A stretch of DNA of 64,000 nucleotides, taken from contig JBFHWF010000005.1 of NCBI GenBank assembly GCA_041589175.1, positions 2,555-66,554 of the forward strand, given 5' to 3'. This document shows positions 32,413-42,726 of the stretch, in pieces (position 1 is the first letter of the stretch; each line of letters opens with the position of its first letter). Both the position numbers and the translations under genes were made by a program. Origin of the DNA: Gammaproteobacteria bacterium (lineage in GTDB: Bacteria; Pseudomonadota; Gammaproteobacteria; SZUA-229). The notes beneath the pieces are model-generated. The model searched no databases. It was not told the origin of the DNA and was given only the letters and a program-made list of their open reading frames with translations.

Positions 32413-33729
32413 CTAGAACTGATGACCACCATGAGCGCCAAAACTCACAATATATTGCAACGTCCATTGCTGGTCTGCTTCGCCGGGTAATGATTCGTCA
32501 TGGTTATACTGCAGGCGCAAACGACTGAATTCATTGCGTGAATAATCCAGCATAATGCCTGTACGTTTTGGAGAATGTTCACTACTCAGGCCCGCTTCTT
32601 CCAGCACATCTGGATCTGCCGCCTGATTATCACTATTCAGCACATCATAGCGCAGACCCACTCGCCAGCGTGGCATAAACTGATATACCGCCTGCAGATA
32701 CCAGCCATCCTGTTCACCCTCATACTCCGTAATTTCAGCGCCGTCATCCACAGATACCTCACCCGCTTCTTCACGACTAAAATATTCAGCCTGAATCTTC
32801 AGATTAGTATCCGTTACATTTCCATCTGGTGCCCACTTCCATACAAGATCCAGCACCCAGAGATCACTATCACCATCAAATACCGACGGCTCAACACCGC
32901 CTGCACCATGGGCATGCCCCTCTTCACCACCGGCTAGCCGTTCATGTGCCTCTGCCTGCAATGTCGAGACACCCGCTCGCCAGCTATGACTGCTACCAAT
33001 ATCACCTCCCAGGTGAGCAAATACTATATTAGCGCCTGCACCAGACTTGCCCGATCCAGCCGCCGGAAAGCCATCACCCCGCATATACTCCGTACCTATC
33101 TGCAAATAGATATCTGTCGGTGCGACCCAGCGTAACTGAATACCGTTATCGGTGTACTGATCGCCAAGAAATGCTCGATATACCAACGGTTGATCTGCGA
33201 AGTCCCAGCTGTGGGAATGCTGTCGATTCAGATAGCCAAGCTCCGAATAAAATCGACCTGCCTTCAGACCCAGTCCCGCAGGCAATCCCAGCGTCTCAAT
33301 AAACGCTTCTTCCAGATCAAGCTCTGTTTCAGCACCCGCCTGATGAATACCCAGTGTTACACTGGCAAACACCCGGTCATCCACATTTCCACTGAGCCCA
33401 ATTTCGGTTTCCTCTGCAGTTAAGCCTTCACTAGACAGACCTGCCTCACCACCAAGCTGAAATCCCGGTAGCGCATACTCGTCTTCTGGCTGGCGATAAC
33501 GGTTATACTTTCCATTCAGGAAAACAGCAACAGCCGGGTTGTAACGATTACTCTCTCGACGCAATTCTCCTGCGCTACCTCGCTGCTGACTTTCCTGCTC
33601 AAGTTGCTGCATTCGCAATTCAAGCTGCTCCAGCCTCTCAACAGAATTTGTATCAGCAGCCTCAACAGAAGCCACGCCAGTCAAACATAGCAAAGCTACA
33701 GATGCATGCTGGTTCATGCCCTTTTTCAT
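32413..33729 (-). CDS. outer-membrane beta-barrel (porin-like) protein with His-rich loop
   Basis: Taken from ATG 33729 (RBS GGAG). It has a signal peptide, an N-terminal coiled-coil (LEQLELRMQQLEQE), alternating beta-strand pattern, loop GGEEGHAHGAGG and C-terminus ...FGAHGGHQF with terminal Phe. Confidence 0.6.
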   Translation of the reverse strand: MKKGMNQHASVALLCLTGVASVEAADTNSVERLEQLELRMQQLEQESQQRGSAGELRRESNRYNPAVAVFLNGKYNRYRQPEDEYALPGFQLGGEAGLSSEGLTAEETEIGLSGNVDDRVFASVTLGIHQAGAETELDLEEAFIETLGLPAGLGLKAGRFYSELGYLNRQHSHSWDFADQPLVYRAFLGDQYTDNGIQLRWVAPTDIYLQIGTEYMRGDGFPAAGSGKSGAGANIVFAHLGGDIGSSHSWRAGVSTLQAEAHERLAGGEEGHAHGAGGVEPSVFDGDSDLWVLDLVWKWAPDGNVTDTNLKIQAEYFSREEAGEVSVDDGAEITEYEGEQDGWYLQAVYQFMPRWRVGLRYDVLNSDNQAADPDVLEEAGLSSEHSPKRTGIMLDYSRNEFSRLRLQYNHDESLPGEADQQWTLQYIVSFGAHGGHQF

Positions 33730-33810
33730 TTTCTTTACTCCACGCAATGATTCCGTCAACACAGTTGACGGGCGTTTATAAAACAGTTCTGGTTTAATTT
33801 AAGGTGTGAA

Positions 33811-34095
33811 CTAAAGATGTAATGGGGGTGCACGAGCCTGCCAGCCATACAGAACTACACTGTAATCACCTTGCGGCAGTGGCTGAACCTGACCCAACAG
33901 GGCTATTGAGGATGGTGACACCCGCTGACTGTTAAGCAGCCCGGCATCTGAAGAGTGGCTGATATGACAGACATCACAGGCATGGATACCTGCAGAAATC
34001 GACTCGTGGTGATGGGATACTGAAATATACTGCCCTATACTCAGGAGGAGTATTAGCAATATGATGGATCGGCTGATGTCGTAATGACGCTTCAT
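33811..34095 (-). CDS. small exported His/Cys-rich protein, DUF2946-like
   Basis: 94 aa with one N-terminal TM/signal segment, ...VSHHHESISAGIHACDVCHISH... and the tail ...ARAPP... that I associate with DUF2946 proteins found beside metal TonB receptors. Confidence 0.4.
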   Translation of the reverse strand: MKRHYDISRSIILLILLLSIGQYISVSHHHESISAGIHACDVCHISHSSDAGLLNSQRVSPSSIALLGQVQPLPQGDYSVVLYGWQARAPPLHL

Positions 34096-34247
34096 GGCGC
34101 AAGTATAGCGTCAACAGCTTATCAGTGAAAAGGGACTTTTGGCGCAGCCTCACAGATCACAGGCCTCGATTCCATCGCTTGCTATGCACCCGCGACTGTT
34201 ATATGTTGCATAAATCCCTGGAATATATAAAAACAATCGATAAACCA

Positions 34248-36281
34248 ATGAAAAAACAATCGCTTGCTGCAGTAATCATGGGCACTCTGCTATCCCCACC
34301 ACTTCTAGCAGATAGCACTCAACGTCTCGACCACTTCCTTTCACTCAGCCTTGAAGAACTGGTCAGCCTGGAAACCACTATCGCAACCGCCACCAAGCGT
34401 ACCGCAAGTAAAGCACCAGCAGTAGTCACCCTACTCACCGCTGATGACATCAAGGCTACTGGTGCCACGAACCTGGTAGATATACTACAAACCGTACCCG
34501 GATTGCATATTCGCTATAACCATTTCGGCAACCGTCCACTGGTTCAGTTCCGTGGCACCGTAGGCAAACAGACACTGATCATGGTTAATGGCAGTTCATT
34601 ACGTGACCTCAACTGGAATATGGGTATTTTCTGGAAAGGCATGCCGGTCAGCATTATTGACCGTGTTGAAATCATTCGTGGTCCTGGCTCTGCGTTGTTT
34701 GGTGCTGATGCCTCCGCAGGTGTGGTTAATGTCATCACCAAGACAGCCAGCCGTATACATTATTCTGAGGCCGGTGTGCGCACTGGCAGCTTCGGCACCC
34801 AGACAGCCTGGCTACAGCACGGTGCCAATATTGACGGTTATGAAATCGGTTTCACAGCCGACCTGTTTAACACTGACGGGCACAGTCCACTGATCCAGGA
34901 GGACCGCCTCACCTTCATCTCAAATCCCGCATCGTCGGCACCCGATGAGGCCGAGTTTGGCTGGCAAAGCCAGGACCTGCGTTTTTCTATCGCCAAAGAG
35001 CACTGGCGTTTACATGCTGACTACGCCAGACGCAGCGATGTTGAAATAGGGTTTGTCGGTACCGGTGTACTCGACCCTCGTACCAAAGGTGAGGACACCC
35101 GGTTCAATATAGACCTTTTCTATAACAATGCGCGCTTTACAAAAAACTGGACACTCGACTCTGAACTTCGCTTCCAGCACCTCGACTACAATTCTGGTAA
35201 TGGCTATTATGAAAACCCACCCGGCTTTTCCGATACATCGGGCACCTATCCAGACGGACAGATCAAGATGGAATCTGCCGATGAGAGACGCATTAGCTAT
35301 CAACTCAGCAGTACATACAGCGGCATAGACAAACACTCCATACGCATTGGCGCCGGCTACACCTGGACCGACCTCTATAGAGTTAGCCATATGCAGAACT
35401 ATGGCACTGCACCCGACGGCAGTGACATACCCGCCGGCAGCCCACTCATCGATTTCTCTGACACCGAATCTGCCTTCGCTCCTGAGCGTACACGACAAGT
35501 TTCCCATGTCTTTGTGGAAGACGTATGGACTATAAATGACAAATGGGAGCTCACTGCGGGTGCTCGCTATGATGACTACAACGATTTCGGAGACACATTT
35601 AACCCACGCCTTGCATTAGTCTGGCAAACCAGCGAAACACTCACTTCAAAACTCTTGTACGGACAGGCATTCAGACCGCCGACTTACACCGAACTATTCG
35701 CCGAAACATTTACACAACCCAATCCTGATCTTGACCCAGAACGCTCTGAAACAATTGAGTTAGCATTTAGCTACCATCCGACAAACGAGCTGATTCTCGA
35801 TATCAATCTTTTCTATCTGGAACAGACCGACCTCATCTCACGATCAAACCAGAATCTGCAAGAGGCTCACTCCATTCGCGGTCTTGAATTTGAATCTCGC
35901 TGGCACGCCTCCAAAGAGATAAAGTTACTGGGTAACTTCACCGTACGCAGCCAGGATGATAACCCTCCGGGAATTACCGAGGCCAACCGTGAAGCCTACC
36001 TGCGCGCCGACTGGAAGATGGCAGCTAACTTGAACTGGAACTTTCAGACCAGCTGGATTGGCGAACGTGAGAGACGCTCAAATGACCCTCGCAACAAACT
36101 TCCTTCACACGCCATTAGCGACACAACCCTGCGATATGCGCACTCTAACAGCTGGGAGTTTAGTGCTTCAATTCGCAACCTGTTTGATAAAGATGCCCGT
36201 GAATTTACCGGCCAATCTATCTACCATGACTTACCTCTCGCGGAACGTAATTATTATATAGAGGCACGCTACGCTTTTTAA
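34248..36281 (+). CDS. TonB-dependent outer-membrane receptor
   Basis: Taken from ATG 34248 (signal peptide MKKQSLAAVIMGTLLSPPLLA; the ORF-track start at 34125 is an extension). Plug motifs ...VDILQTVPGL...VNGSS...IDRVEIIRGPGSALFGADASAGVVNVITK. The barrel ends ...YYIEARYAF. Confidence 0.9.
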   Translation: MKKQSLAAVIMGTLLSPPLLADSTQRLDHFLSLSLEELVSLETTIATATKRTASKAPAVVTLLTADDIKATGATNLVDILQTVPGLHIRYNHFGNRPLVQFRGTVGKQTLIMVNGSSLRDLNWNMGIFWKGMPVSIIDRVEIIRGPGSALFGADASAGVVNVITKTASRIHYSEAGVRTGSFGTQTAWLQHGANIDGYEIGFTADLFNTDGHSPLIQEDRLTFISNPASSAPDEAEFGWQSQDLRFSIAKEHWRLHADYARRSDVEIGFVGTGVLDPRTKGEDTRFNIDLFYNNARFTKNWTLDSELRFQHLDYNSGNGYYENPPGFSDTSGTYPDGQIKMESADERRISYQLSSTYSGIDKHSIRIGAGYTWTDLYRVSHMQNYGTAPDGSDIPAGSPLIDFSDTESAFAPERTRQVSHVFVEDVWTINDKWELTAGARYDDYNDFGDTFNPRLALVWQTSETLTSKLLYGQAFRPPTYTELFAETFTQPNPDLDPERSETIELAFSYHPTNELILDINLFYLEQTDLISRSNQNLQEAHSIRGLEFESRWHASKEIKLLGNFTVRSQDDNPPGITEANREAYLRADWKMAANLNWNFQTSWIGERERRSNDPRNKLPSHAISDTTLRYAHSNSWEFSASIRNLFDKDAREFTGQSIYHDLPLAERNYYIEARYAF

Positions 36282-36352
36282 GCAGAACATCACATGATTA
36301 ATTTTTATAAAGCCCGAGCCAGGGCGCCTGATTAACGTCAGCGGAGGACGTA

Positions 36353-36910
36353 TTGCTGAAACGCATTTTATACAGCATATATACGACATTAATAGCATTC
36401 CCACTGCTATTCGTATCGCCTGTGGTCTACGGACAGACGATTGAGGAGGAAAACGAATTATTCACAGCCGCCTTCATTTATAACTTTATCAAGTTCACTG
36501 ACTGGCCAGATTCACACTGGGCCGCCGTCGATGATATTCGTTTTTGCATCTCAGGCAATGACAACCTTGTTGATGATCTACAGCGGCTTAATCACCGGGT
36601 TTTACGAGGACGAACACTCAAGGTTGAAATTCTTACAGCTGATTCTTTCCCGGAAGAGTGCCATCTGCTTTATTTCGCGCTCTCAGAAACACTAAAGTTC
36701 AGATCGACATTACTGAAATTCAATCAATTACCCGTGCTCACAATTTCAAGGATCGAATTCTTTGCCGCACAGGGCGGCATGATTGAAATCGACCGAGGCG
36801 ATGGGCAGACACATCTCACGATTAATCTTGTCCCTGTCAACAATAGTGAGCTCAAAATTAGTTCACGCCTGTTAATCCTGGCAGATATTCTAAACAGGGA
36901 ACAGCAATGA
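36353..36910 (+). CDS. YfiR-like (DUF4154) periplasmic protein
   Basis: 185 aa with a TTG start and GGAGGA 4 nt upstream, a signal peptide, and ...[18 protein letters not shown]... typical of YfiR/DUF4154. The stop overlaps the next ATG (ATGA). Confidence 0.65.
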   Translation: MLKRILYSIYTTLIAFPLLFVSPVVYGQTIEEENELFTAAFIYNFIKFTDWPDSHWAAVDDIRFCISGNDNLVDDLQRLNHRVLRGRTLKVEILTADSFPEECHLLYFALSETLKFRSTLLKFNQLPVLTISRIEFFAAQGGMIEIDRGDGQTHLTINLVPVNNSELKISSRLLILADILNREQQ

Positions 36911-39225
36911 ACTTACATAACTTTTCCCTCAAGCATAAAATCGAAGCCATCATCCTGATCACCTCGGCTATAGTGCTTGCCGTCTGCATTATTCTGTTCA
37001 TGATCATTGAAGTGACTTCTTCTCGCACACAAGCCGAGTCACGACTAACTGCACTAGCTACTGTTCTTGGCGCCAACAGTAGTGCCGCGATTCTATTCAA
37101 TGACCCCCGAACCGCAAACGACATTCTTGCCAGCCTTAGTACACAACAGGAGATAATTTCTGCCACGTTATACACGCGAAACGGCGATGTTTTCGCCAGC
37201 TATCTCAAACAACCACAAACAGCTACTGCAGACACCTATACAGATTTTTTTTCTGGACTACTCGAGAACACCAGCATACAAATACCCATTATTCTCTATG
37301 AAGAGACTATTGGTGACATCCGCATAACCGCTACAATGCAACATGCTCAGACAATTCTTTTCCGGCAGAGCCTCACTGCCATCGCCATATTCGCCATTTC
37401 CATGATGCTTGCGCTTCTTATTTCAAGCCGCCTGCAGAAAATTATTTCTCAGCCTATCCAGCGCCTGCTCAACAGCATGAAACAGGTCGCTGAACGAAAG
37501 GACTTCACTTATCGAGTGCAACGCACTTCGGAGGACGAGTTCGGAAAACTGATTGATGGCTTCAATATCATGCTCGACCGACTCGAACATTACGATGAAG
37601 AACTAACTGATTATCGTAAAGACCTCGAACGCCTTGTGATAGAACGCACACATGAACTTGAGGCCGCCAAACGACAGGCGGAATCTGCAAATCGAGCCAA
37701 AAGCGATTTTATCGCCACTATGAGCCATGAAATTCGCACACCCATGAATGGCGTTATCGGCTTCACAGGCCTGTTGAATAAAACCGAACTCAGTGAACAG
37801 CAAACTGAATTTGTTGAGAATATCACTCGATCGACTGAAAACCTGCTTGCCATTATTAATGACATCCTCGACTTTTCAAAAATTGAGGCCGGTAAACTTG
37901 AACTTAATCCTGCGGCCTTTAGCCTGCATCAGCTCGTGGACGACGTGGTCTCAATTTTCAAGCTTGAAGCCGATAAAAAGAATATTCAGTTGCTGACACA
38001 CTTCGATACACATCTGCCTGATATGCTTTATGCAGATGCAACTCGCATTCAGCAAATACTTGTTAACCTCGTTGGCAATGCTATCAAGTTCACCCATCAG
38101 GGCGAAGTTACTATAGATGTCTCATGTAATATTGTTGATAAGTCACCTCAACCATCAGCTCAATTATCTCTCGCTATTTCAGACACAGGCATCGGAATAC
38201 CCGCAGACAAACAACTACAGCTTTTCACACCATTCCAGCAGGGCGATGCTTCTATTACACGCCGCTACGGTGGCACCGGTCTCGGGCTGGTTATTACCAA
38301 ACGTTTAATTGATCTTATGCAGGGTACAATAGAACTACAAAGTACACCTGATATTGGCACACGCTTCACCATTCATCTCGAATTACCTGTTATACAAGAG
38401 CAGAAACTAATTCAACAGACAGAGCCTCTTACGCTTGAGGCATTACGTGGTGTCTACGCGCTCGTAGTCGATGACAATCCCATTAATCTCAAAGTCGCCA
38501 CAACCTTCCTCAGGGATGAAGGCGTTATAATCGATGATGCGGCTACTGGCCAACAGGCCATTGACCTGGCAAGTCGTAATCACTATGACCTGATACTGAT
38601 GGACCTGGAAATGCCGGACTTAAGCGGCATCGAAACAACTCAGGCTATTCGCAAACTACCTGATCATGCACATACCCCTGTTATTGCCTTAACGGCTCAT
38701 GCATTTAGTAGTACCCGTAATGAAGTCATTGCAAATGGTATGACTGACCTGCTTAGCAAACCTTATAAACCAGATGCACTGTTCTCGATTATCCTTAAAT
38801 GGCTAAGTGATGACAGGCAGATCATCGATTTCAACACTACCGATGCCGGTAAAAAACAATCCGACGAAGTTTATGACAGGGAGCTTGCACTTATCGCCGT
38901 GGGCGGCAAGGTGAAAACCGCAGACAGTTTACTGCATGAGTTTACCGCGAGTCTTCCAGACATACTCGCAACAATCCAGACTGCACAAAATGAAGAAGAC
39001 TACCTGAGCCTGTATAACACAGTACACAAACTGGCTGGCTCTACCTGTGTGATTGGCGCACAGGCTATGCATGCCACTGCTGATTTACTCATGGATTATC
39101 TGAAAGCTGTTCCACGTGATGAGCAGAAAGTTAATCAGGCTTGTGTAAAGCTGCTATACGAAATCAATCGATTCCTGCAGAGAGACGATTCGCCCGGTTA
39201 CGAACAACCCGGCGAATCTACTTGA
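36907..39225 (+). CDS. hybrid sensor histidine kinase (TM-periplasmic CHASE8-like-TM, HAMP, HisKA, HATPase, REC, Hpt)
   Basis: 772 aa. Periplasmic segment ...[31 protein letters not shown]...[15 protein letters not shown]-box [29 protein letters not shown] ...[14 protein letters not shown], and C-terminal Hpt ...[13 protein letters not shown]. Confidence 0.88.
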   Translation: MNLHNFSLKHKIEAIILITSAIVLAVCIILFMIIEVTSSRTQAESRLTALATVLGANSSAAILFNDPRTANDILASLSTQQEIISATLYTRNGDVFASYLKQPQTATADTYTDFFSGLLENTSIQIPIILYEETIGDIRITATMQHAQTILFRQSLTAIAIFAISMMLALLISSRLQKIISQPIQRLLNSMKQVAERKDFTYRVQRTSEDEFGKLIDGFNIMLDRLEHYDEELTDYRKDLERLVIERTHELEAAKRQAESANRAKSDFIATMSHEIRTPMNGVIGFTGLLNKTELSEQQTEFVENITRSTENLLAIINDILDFSKIEAGKLELNPAAFSLHQLVDDVVSIFKLEADKKNIQLLTHFDTHLPDMLYADATRIQQILVNLVGNAIKFTHQGEVTIDVSCNIVDKSPQPSAQLSLAISDTGIGIPADKQLQLFTPFQQGDASITRRYGGTGLGLVITKRLIDLMQGTIELQSTPDIGTRFTIHLELPVIQEQKLIQQTEPLTLEALRGVYALVVDDNPINLKVATTFLRDEGVIIDDAATGQQAIDLASRNHYDLILMDLEMPDLSGIETTQAIRKLPDHAHTPVIALTAHAFSSTRNEVIANGMTDLLSKPYKPDALFSIILKWLSDDRQIIDFNTTDAGKKQSDEVYDRELALIAVGGKVKTADSLLHEFTASLPDILATIQTAQNEEDYLSLYNTVHKLAGSTCVIGAQAMHATADLLMDYLKAVPRDEQKVNQACVKLLYEINRFLQRDDSPGYEQPGEST

Positions 39226-39227
39226 TA

Positions 39228-40772
39228 CTACTTACTAAACGATTGCAGTAATACGCTTGTGCCCAGCATATCGGGTGGCTGTTGCAGCCCCATCAACTGC
39301 AGTATGGTTGGTGCAATACTGCTTATCCCCATACCCGTATTGAGTCTCCAGTTTTCATCATCGATAATCATACATGGTACAGGGTATATAGTATGCTGTG
39401 TATGTGGTTCACCTGTTACAGGATCAACCATTTCGTCACAGTTTCCATGATCTGCAGTAAGCACCACTGAGTAGCCTTCTTCTACTGCCGTATCGAGTAA
39501 TCGACCCACCTGCTCATCCATGGCTTCTACACCCTGAATGATTGCATCACGTTTCGCTGTGTGACCGACCATATCCCCATTCGCAAAATTCACTACAAGG
39601 AAGCCATAATCGTGCGATTCCAGTGCCTTAATCACGGCATCTGCAACTTCACGCGCACTCATTTCTGGCTTCTGATCATATGTTGAGACTTTGGGCGATG
39701 GGATCATGACACGCTCTTCACCCGCCCAGGGCTCTTCGCGCCCGCCGTTGAAGAAGAATGTCACATGAGCATATTTTTCGGTTTCTGAACAATGAAACTG
39801 CTTAAAACCTGCACGACTCACGACAGATGCCAGCGTTGTAGTTGGGCGCTGTGGTGCAAACGCAATCGGTAACAGGAAATGCGGATCATATTCAGTCAGA
39901 CAGGTTACTGTAACGGGATCATAATCACCTCGATCAAAGCCATCGAAGTTCGTCTGACTCAATGCCGCCGTTAGCTGTCGTGGCCGATCGTTTCTGAAAT
40001 TAAAGAATATGATATTGTCATCGTCTTCAATCTTCTCTGCCTCAGGGAATATGCACGGCCTGATAAATTCATCGGTAACATCGTTGGCATACGAAGCCTC
40101 TATCGCATAGCGCGCCGCCTCATGATGCTCACCTTCAAGGTTCGCCATAGCCTTGAACGCGACCTCGGTACGGTCCCAGCGGTGATCTCGATCCATGGCA
40201 TAATAGCGGCCACACAGCGTAGCAATTGCACCTTCTGCATCGTCCAGCGCTTCTTCAAGCCCAGGCAGATAACCCATGGCTGCCATCGGTGCAGTGTCAC
40301 GCCCATCCGTGATCATATGTACCAGTGGCCTCACCTTGTATTGCGCACACATGCGAATTAATGCACACAGGTGGTTGGTATGGCTGTGTACTCCACCATC
40401 TGACACCAGGCCAACGACATGCATGGGGCGACCACGCCTGGCAGCATCTTCCATAGCTGCGACCAGCGCGGCATTTTCGAAGAACTCACCACTTTCAATA
40501 GCATCATCAATGCGCACCAGGTCCTGCTTCATGATGGTGCCGCAACCCAGTGTCAGATGCCCCACTTCAGAGTTACCCATCTGTCCATTGGGCAGGCCAA
40601 CCGAGCGGCCAGAAGCATCCAGGGTAATATGTGCATTACGGCAAAAATACTCGTCTAGTCGGGGCGTATTTGCCTCAACAACGGCGTTGTTGATTCGACT
40701 GGGGTTAACGCCAAATCCGTCCAGGATCACGAGGAGTGTTGGGCGTCGGGGTACACTGCGCTTTTCAGCCAT
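39228..40772 (-). CDS. gpmI: 2,3-bisphosphoglycerate-independent phosphoglycerate mutase
   Basis: 514 aa containing ...LLVILDGFG...GQMGNSEVGHLTLG...SDGGVHSH...ADHGN... Confidence 0.95.
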   Translation of the reverse strand: MAEKRSVPRRPTLLVILDGFGVNPSRINNAVVEANTPRLDEYFCRNAHITLDASGRSVGLPNGQMGNSEVGHLTLGCGTIMKQDLVRIDDAIESGEFFENAALVAAMEDAARRGRPMHVVGLVSDGGVHSHTNHLCALIRMCAQYKVRPLVHMITDGRDTAPMAAMGYLPGLEEALDDAEGAIATLCGRYYAMDRDHRWDRTEVAFKAMANLEGEHHEAARYAIEASYANDVTDEFIRPCIFPEAEKIEDDDNIIFFNFRNDRPRQLTAALSQTNFDGFDRGDYDPVTVTCLTEYDPHFLLPIAFAPQRPTTTLASVVSRAGFKQFHCSETEKYAHVTFFFNGGREEPWAGEERVMIPSPKVSTYDQKPEMSAREVADAVIKALESHDYGFLVVNFANGDMVGHTAKRDAIIQGVEAMDEQVGRLLDTAVEEGYSVVLTADHGNCDEMVDPVTGEPHTQHTIYPVPCMIIDDENWRLNTGMGISSIAPTILQLMGLQQPPDMLGTSVLLQSFSK

Positions 40773-40944
40773 TATTGTTCTCGAAGTTTCTCAGATTGTT
40801 CGGGTTCACTGTTTTCTACTTTCAATTTTCGGCGCGTATTATACCCGAGTTTGGCCTGTTGTGCTGGGAATATTAGCCGTTTCTCATCTTTAAAAAACCA
40901 CTTCGACGCCACTTTCCCATGATTTTCTCATGGTTTTATGCAGG

Positions 40945-42687
40945 TTAGTTATTATACTCAAGCAGCCTGCTAGACAGACCTGATGCATATTCAGCCGGCG
41001 AATCCAGCACCATACTATCAACCAGGTTCACACGCACCAGCTCTTTTGCGTAAAGCGCCTGCCACGACACCGACTGATGTTTCACCAGCGCCATAAGTCG
41101 CCCATCTGCTGCGGGCAGATTACCATCTTTCAAACTCAGGCTACGACCCGGCATTGGCAGCAGCTCCTCCGCACTGATGCGCCAGCCCTCATCACTATAG
41201 TACCTTTGAATTATCTGCCTGACCTGGCCACCCAGCAGATCTCCTTTTAAGCCTGACTCACTAAATGAAGACCACTTCCATAATGCGTACACCGACATAA
41301 CATGCTGCTGCATGCTCAGCGGTTTTATGCCTTTAGCCGGCATTAATAACCGATTTCGAATTCGCCTGGCTAATCGCTCAGCCGCTTCCTGATACCGCGC
41401 CACCTTCTCCACAGCGAGCAGATCTACCATTGAGCTAAGCAAATAGGCATTCCAGGCTAGCACGAACTTTTCATCTCGTAGCACGCCGCTGTGTGGCCTC
41501 AACTGTAACAGACGCTGCCGTATCTGGCTTGCTGTTTTACCCACCGGCATGCCTGTCAGTAGTTTACGCTCACTGTGCGCCACAGGCATAAGCTTCAGAT
41601 TTTCATCTACCCATTGCAACTCAGCCGGTTGCAACGCCGACCTGATGTCAGCCTCACTCCATAAATACGACTCGCCTTCACGTTGCAGACTATCCTGCGC
41701 GGTAAGGGCACTCACAAAACCACCTTCCGCATCTGCCATTTCCCGCAACACAAAATCAAGGGTGTTTTTTGCTATTTCGAGATAGTTGCGATTATCGTAA
41801 ATTCTTGCAGCCGTCGCATACAACTCAATCATGGCTGCATTGGTATAGAGCATTTTTTCAAAATGCGGTGTTGCCCACCCCGGATCAACGGTATATCTGA
41901 AAAATCCACCTCGAACAAAATCATTTAAACCGAGCGATGCCATTTGATGCAGACTAAGCTTCACAAAATCAGCCAGCTGCTGCTCGTCATTTTCCTCAGC
42001 CAGTTGCATGATAAGCAACAGCCTCTGCGACATTGGGAATTTTGCCTGATCACCAAACCCACCAGATAACTCATCCATCTCATTAAGGGTTTGCTGCAAA
42101 AACGCCTCGCGCATTTCATCTGCGTCAAATGTCACTGATTTTTTATATAGCTGCTTCTGATACTCGAAAACATTCTCAGCAATTTCTTTCAGGCCTTCCG
42201 TATCTGTACGCCATCGACGCTCAAGTTTTTCGAGCAGACGAATAAATTTATCGGTTTGCAAATAGACAACACCCGTTAACGGATACCCCTCAGGCGTCAC
42301 AAATACGTTTAACGGCCACCCGGCATAGCCCTGTGCACGACTCATAAAATCAATTAGATACGCGTCGAGTTCTGGATGATTTTCACGATCTATTTTTACC
42401 GGAATATAATTTCGGTTTAATAACTCTGCCACACTTGCATTCTTGAAACTTTCTTTTTGCATTACATGGCACCAGTGGCAGGCAAAATAACCACTGGAAA
42501 TCATAATCAGCTTATTTTCCTTTCTGGCACGGGACAATATAGAGGCATCCCATGTTTGCCACTGAACGGCATCATCAACATGCATACGAATATATGCTGA
42601 AGGATCATTGTGAGATATCGGCTGCGCATAAAGGCTGCTACAAACCGAAAACAGGAGTAGTGTCAGACGTATAATCATCGTCACCAT
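40945..42687 (-). CDS. thioredoxin-domain (DUF255 / YyaL-like) protein, exported
   Basis: 580 aa with a signal peptide. The N-terminal thioredoxin-like domain has ...SGYFACHWCHVM..., followed by a long alpha-helical (six-hairpin-like) region. Confidence 0.75.
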   Translation of the reverse strand: MVTMIIRLTLLLFSVCSSLYAQPISHNDPSAYIRMHVDDAVQWQTWDASILSRARKENKLIMISSGYFACHWCHVMQKESFKNASVAELLNRNYIPVKIDRENHPELDAYLIDFMSRAQGYAGWPLNVFVTPEGYPLTGVVYLQTDKFIRLLEKLERRWRTDTEGLKEIAENVFEYQKQLYKKSVTFDADEMREAFLQQTLNEMDELSGGFGDQAKFPMSQRLLLIMQLAEENDEQQLADFVKLSLHQMASLGLNDFVRGGFFRYTVDPGWATPHFEKMLYTNAAMIELYATAARIYDNRNYLEIAKNTLDFVLREMADAEGGFVSALTAQDSLQREGESYLWSEADIRSALQPAELQWVDENLKLMPVAHSERKLLTGMPVGKTASQIRQRLLQLRPHSGVLRDEKFVLAWNAYLLSSMVDLLAVEKVARYQEAAERLARRIRNRLLMPAKGIKPLSMQQHVMSVYALWKWSSFSESGLKGDLLGGQVRQIIQRYYSDEGWRISAEELLPMPGRSLSLKDGNLPAADGRLMALVKHQSVSWQALYAKELVRVNLVDSMVLDSPAEYASGLSSRLLEYNN

Positions 42688-42726
42688 CCACAGTCAGGAC
42701 ATAACAACATGCGTTGTTTATGCCAC

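Noticed and set aside
34197-34213. Candidate Zur/Fur-type operator TGTTATATGTTGCATAA in the divergent promoter region of the metal-uptake locus
   Set aside because: Only one half resembles the GTTAT/ATAAC-type Zur half-site, and the dyad symmetry is poor. I cannot score it against a matrix by eye, so it is not reported as a feature.
34125-34247. N-terminal extensions suggested by the longest-ORF track. Affected genes: TonB receptor 34125, GDPD 27461, redoxin 23969, hisB 48015, kinase 52318, methyltransferase 56214, DUF3015 1548, porin 33762 and LysM 61890.
   Set aside because: In each case an internal start gives a canonical signal peptide or conserved N-terminus, often with a good RBS or stop-start overlap. 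The extension also overlaps the upstream gene or lacks any RBS.
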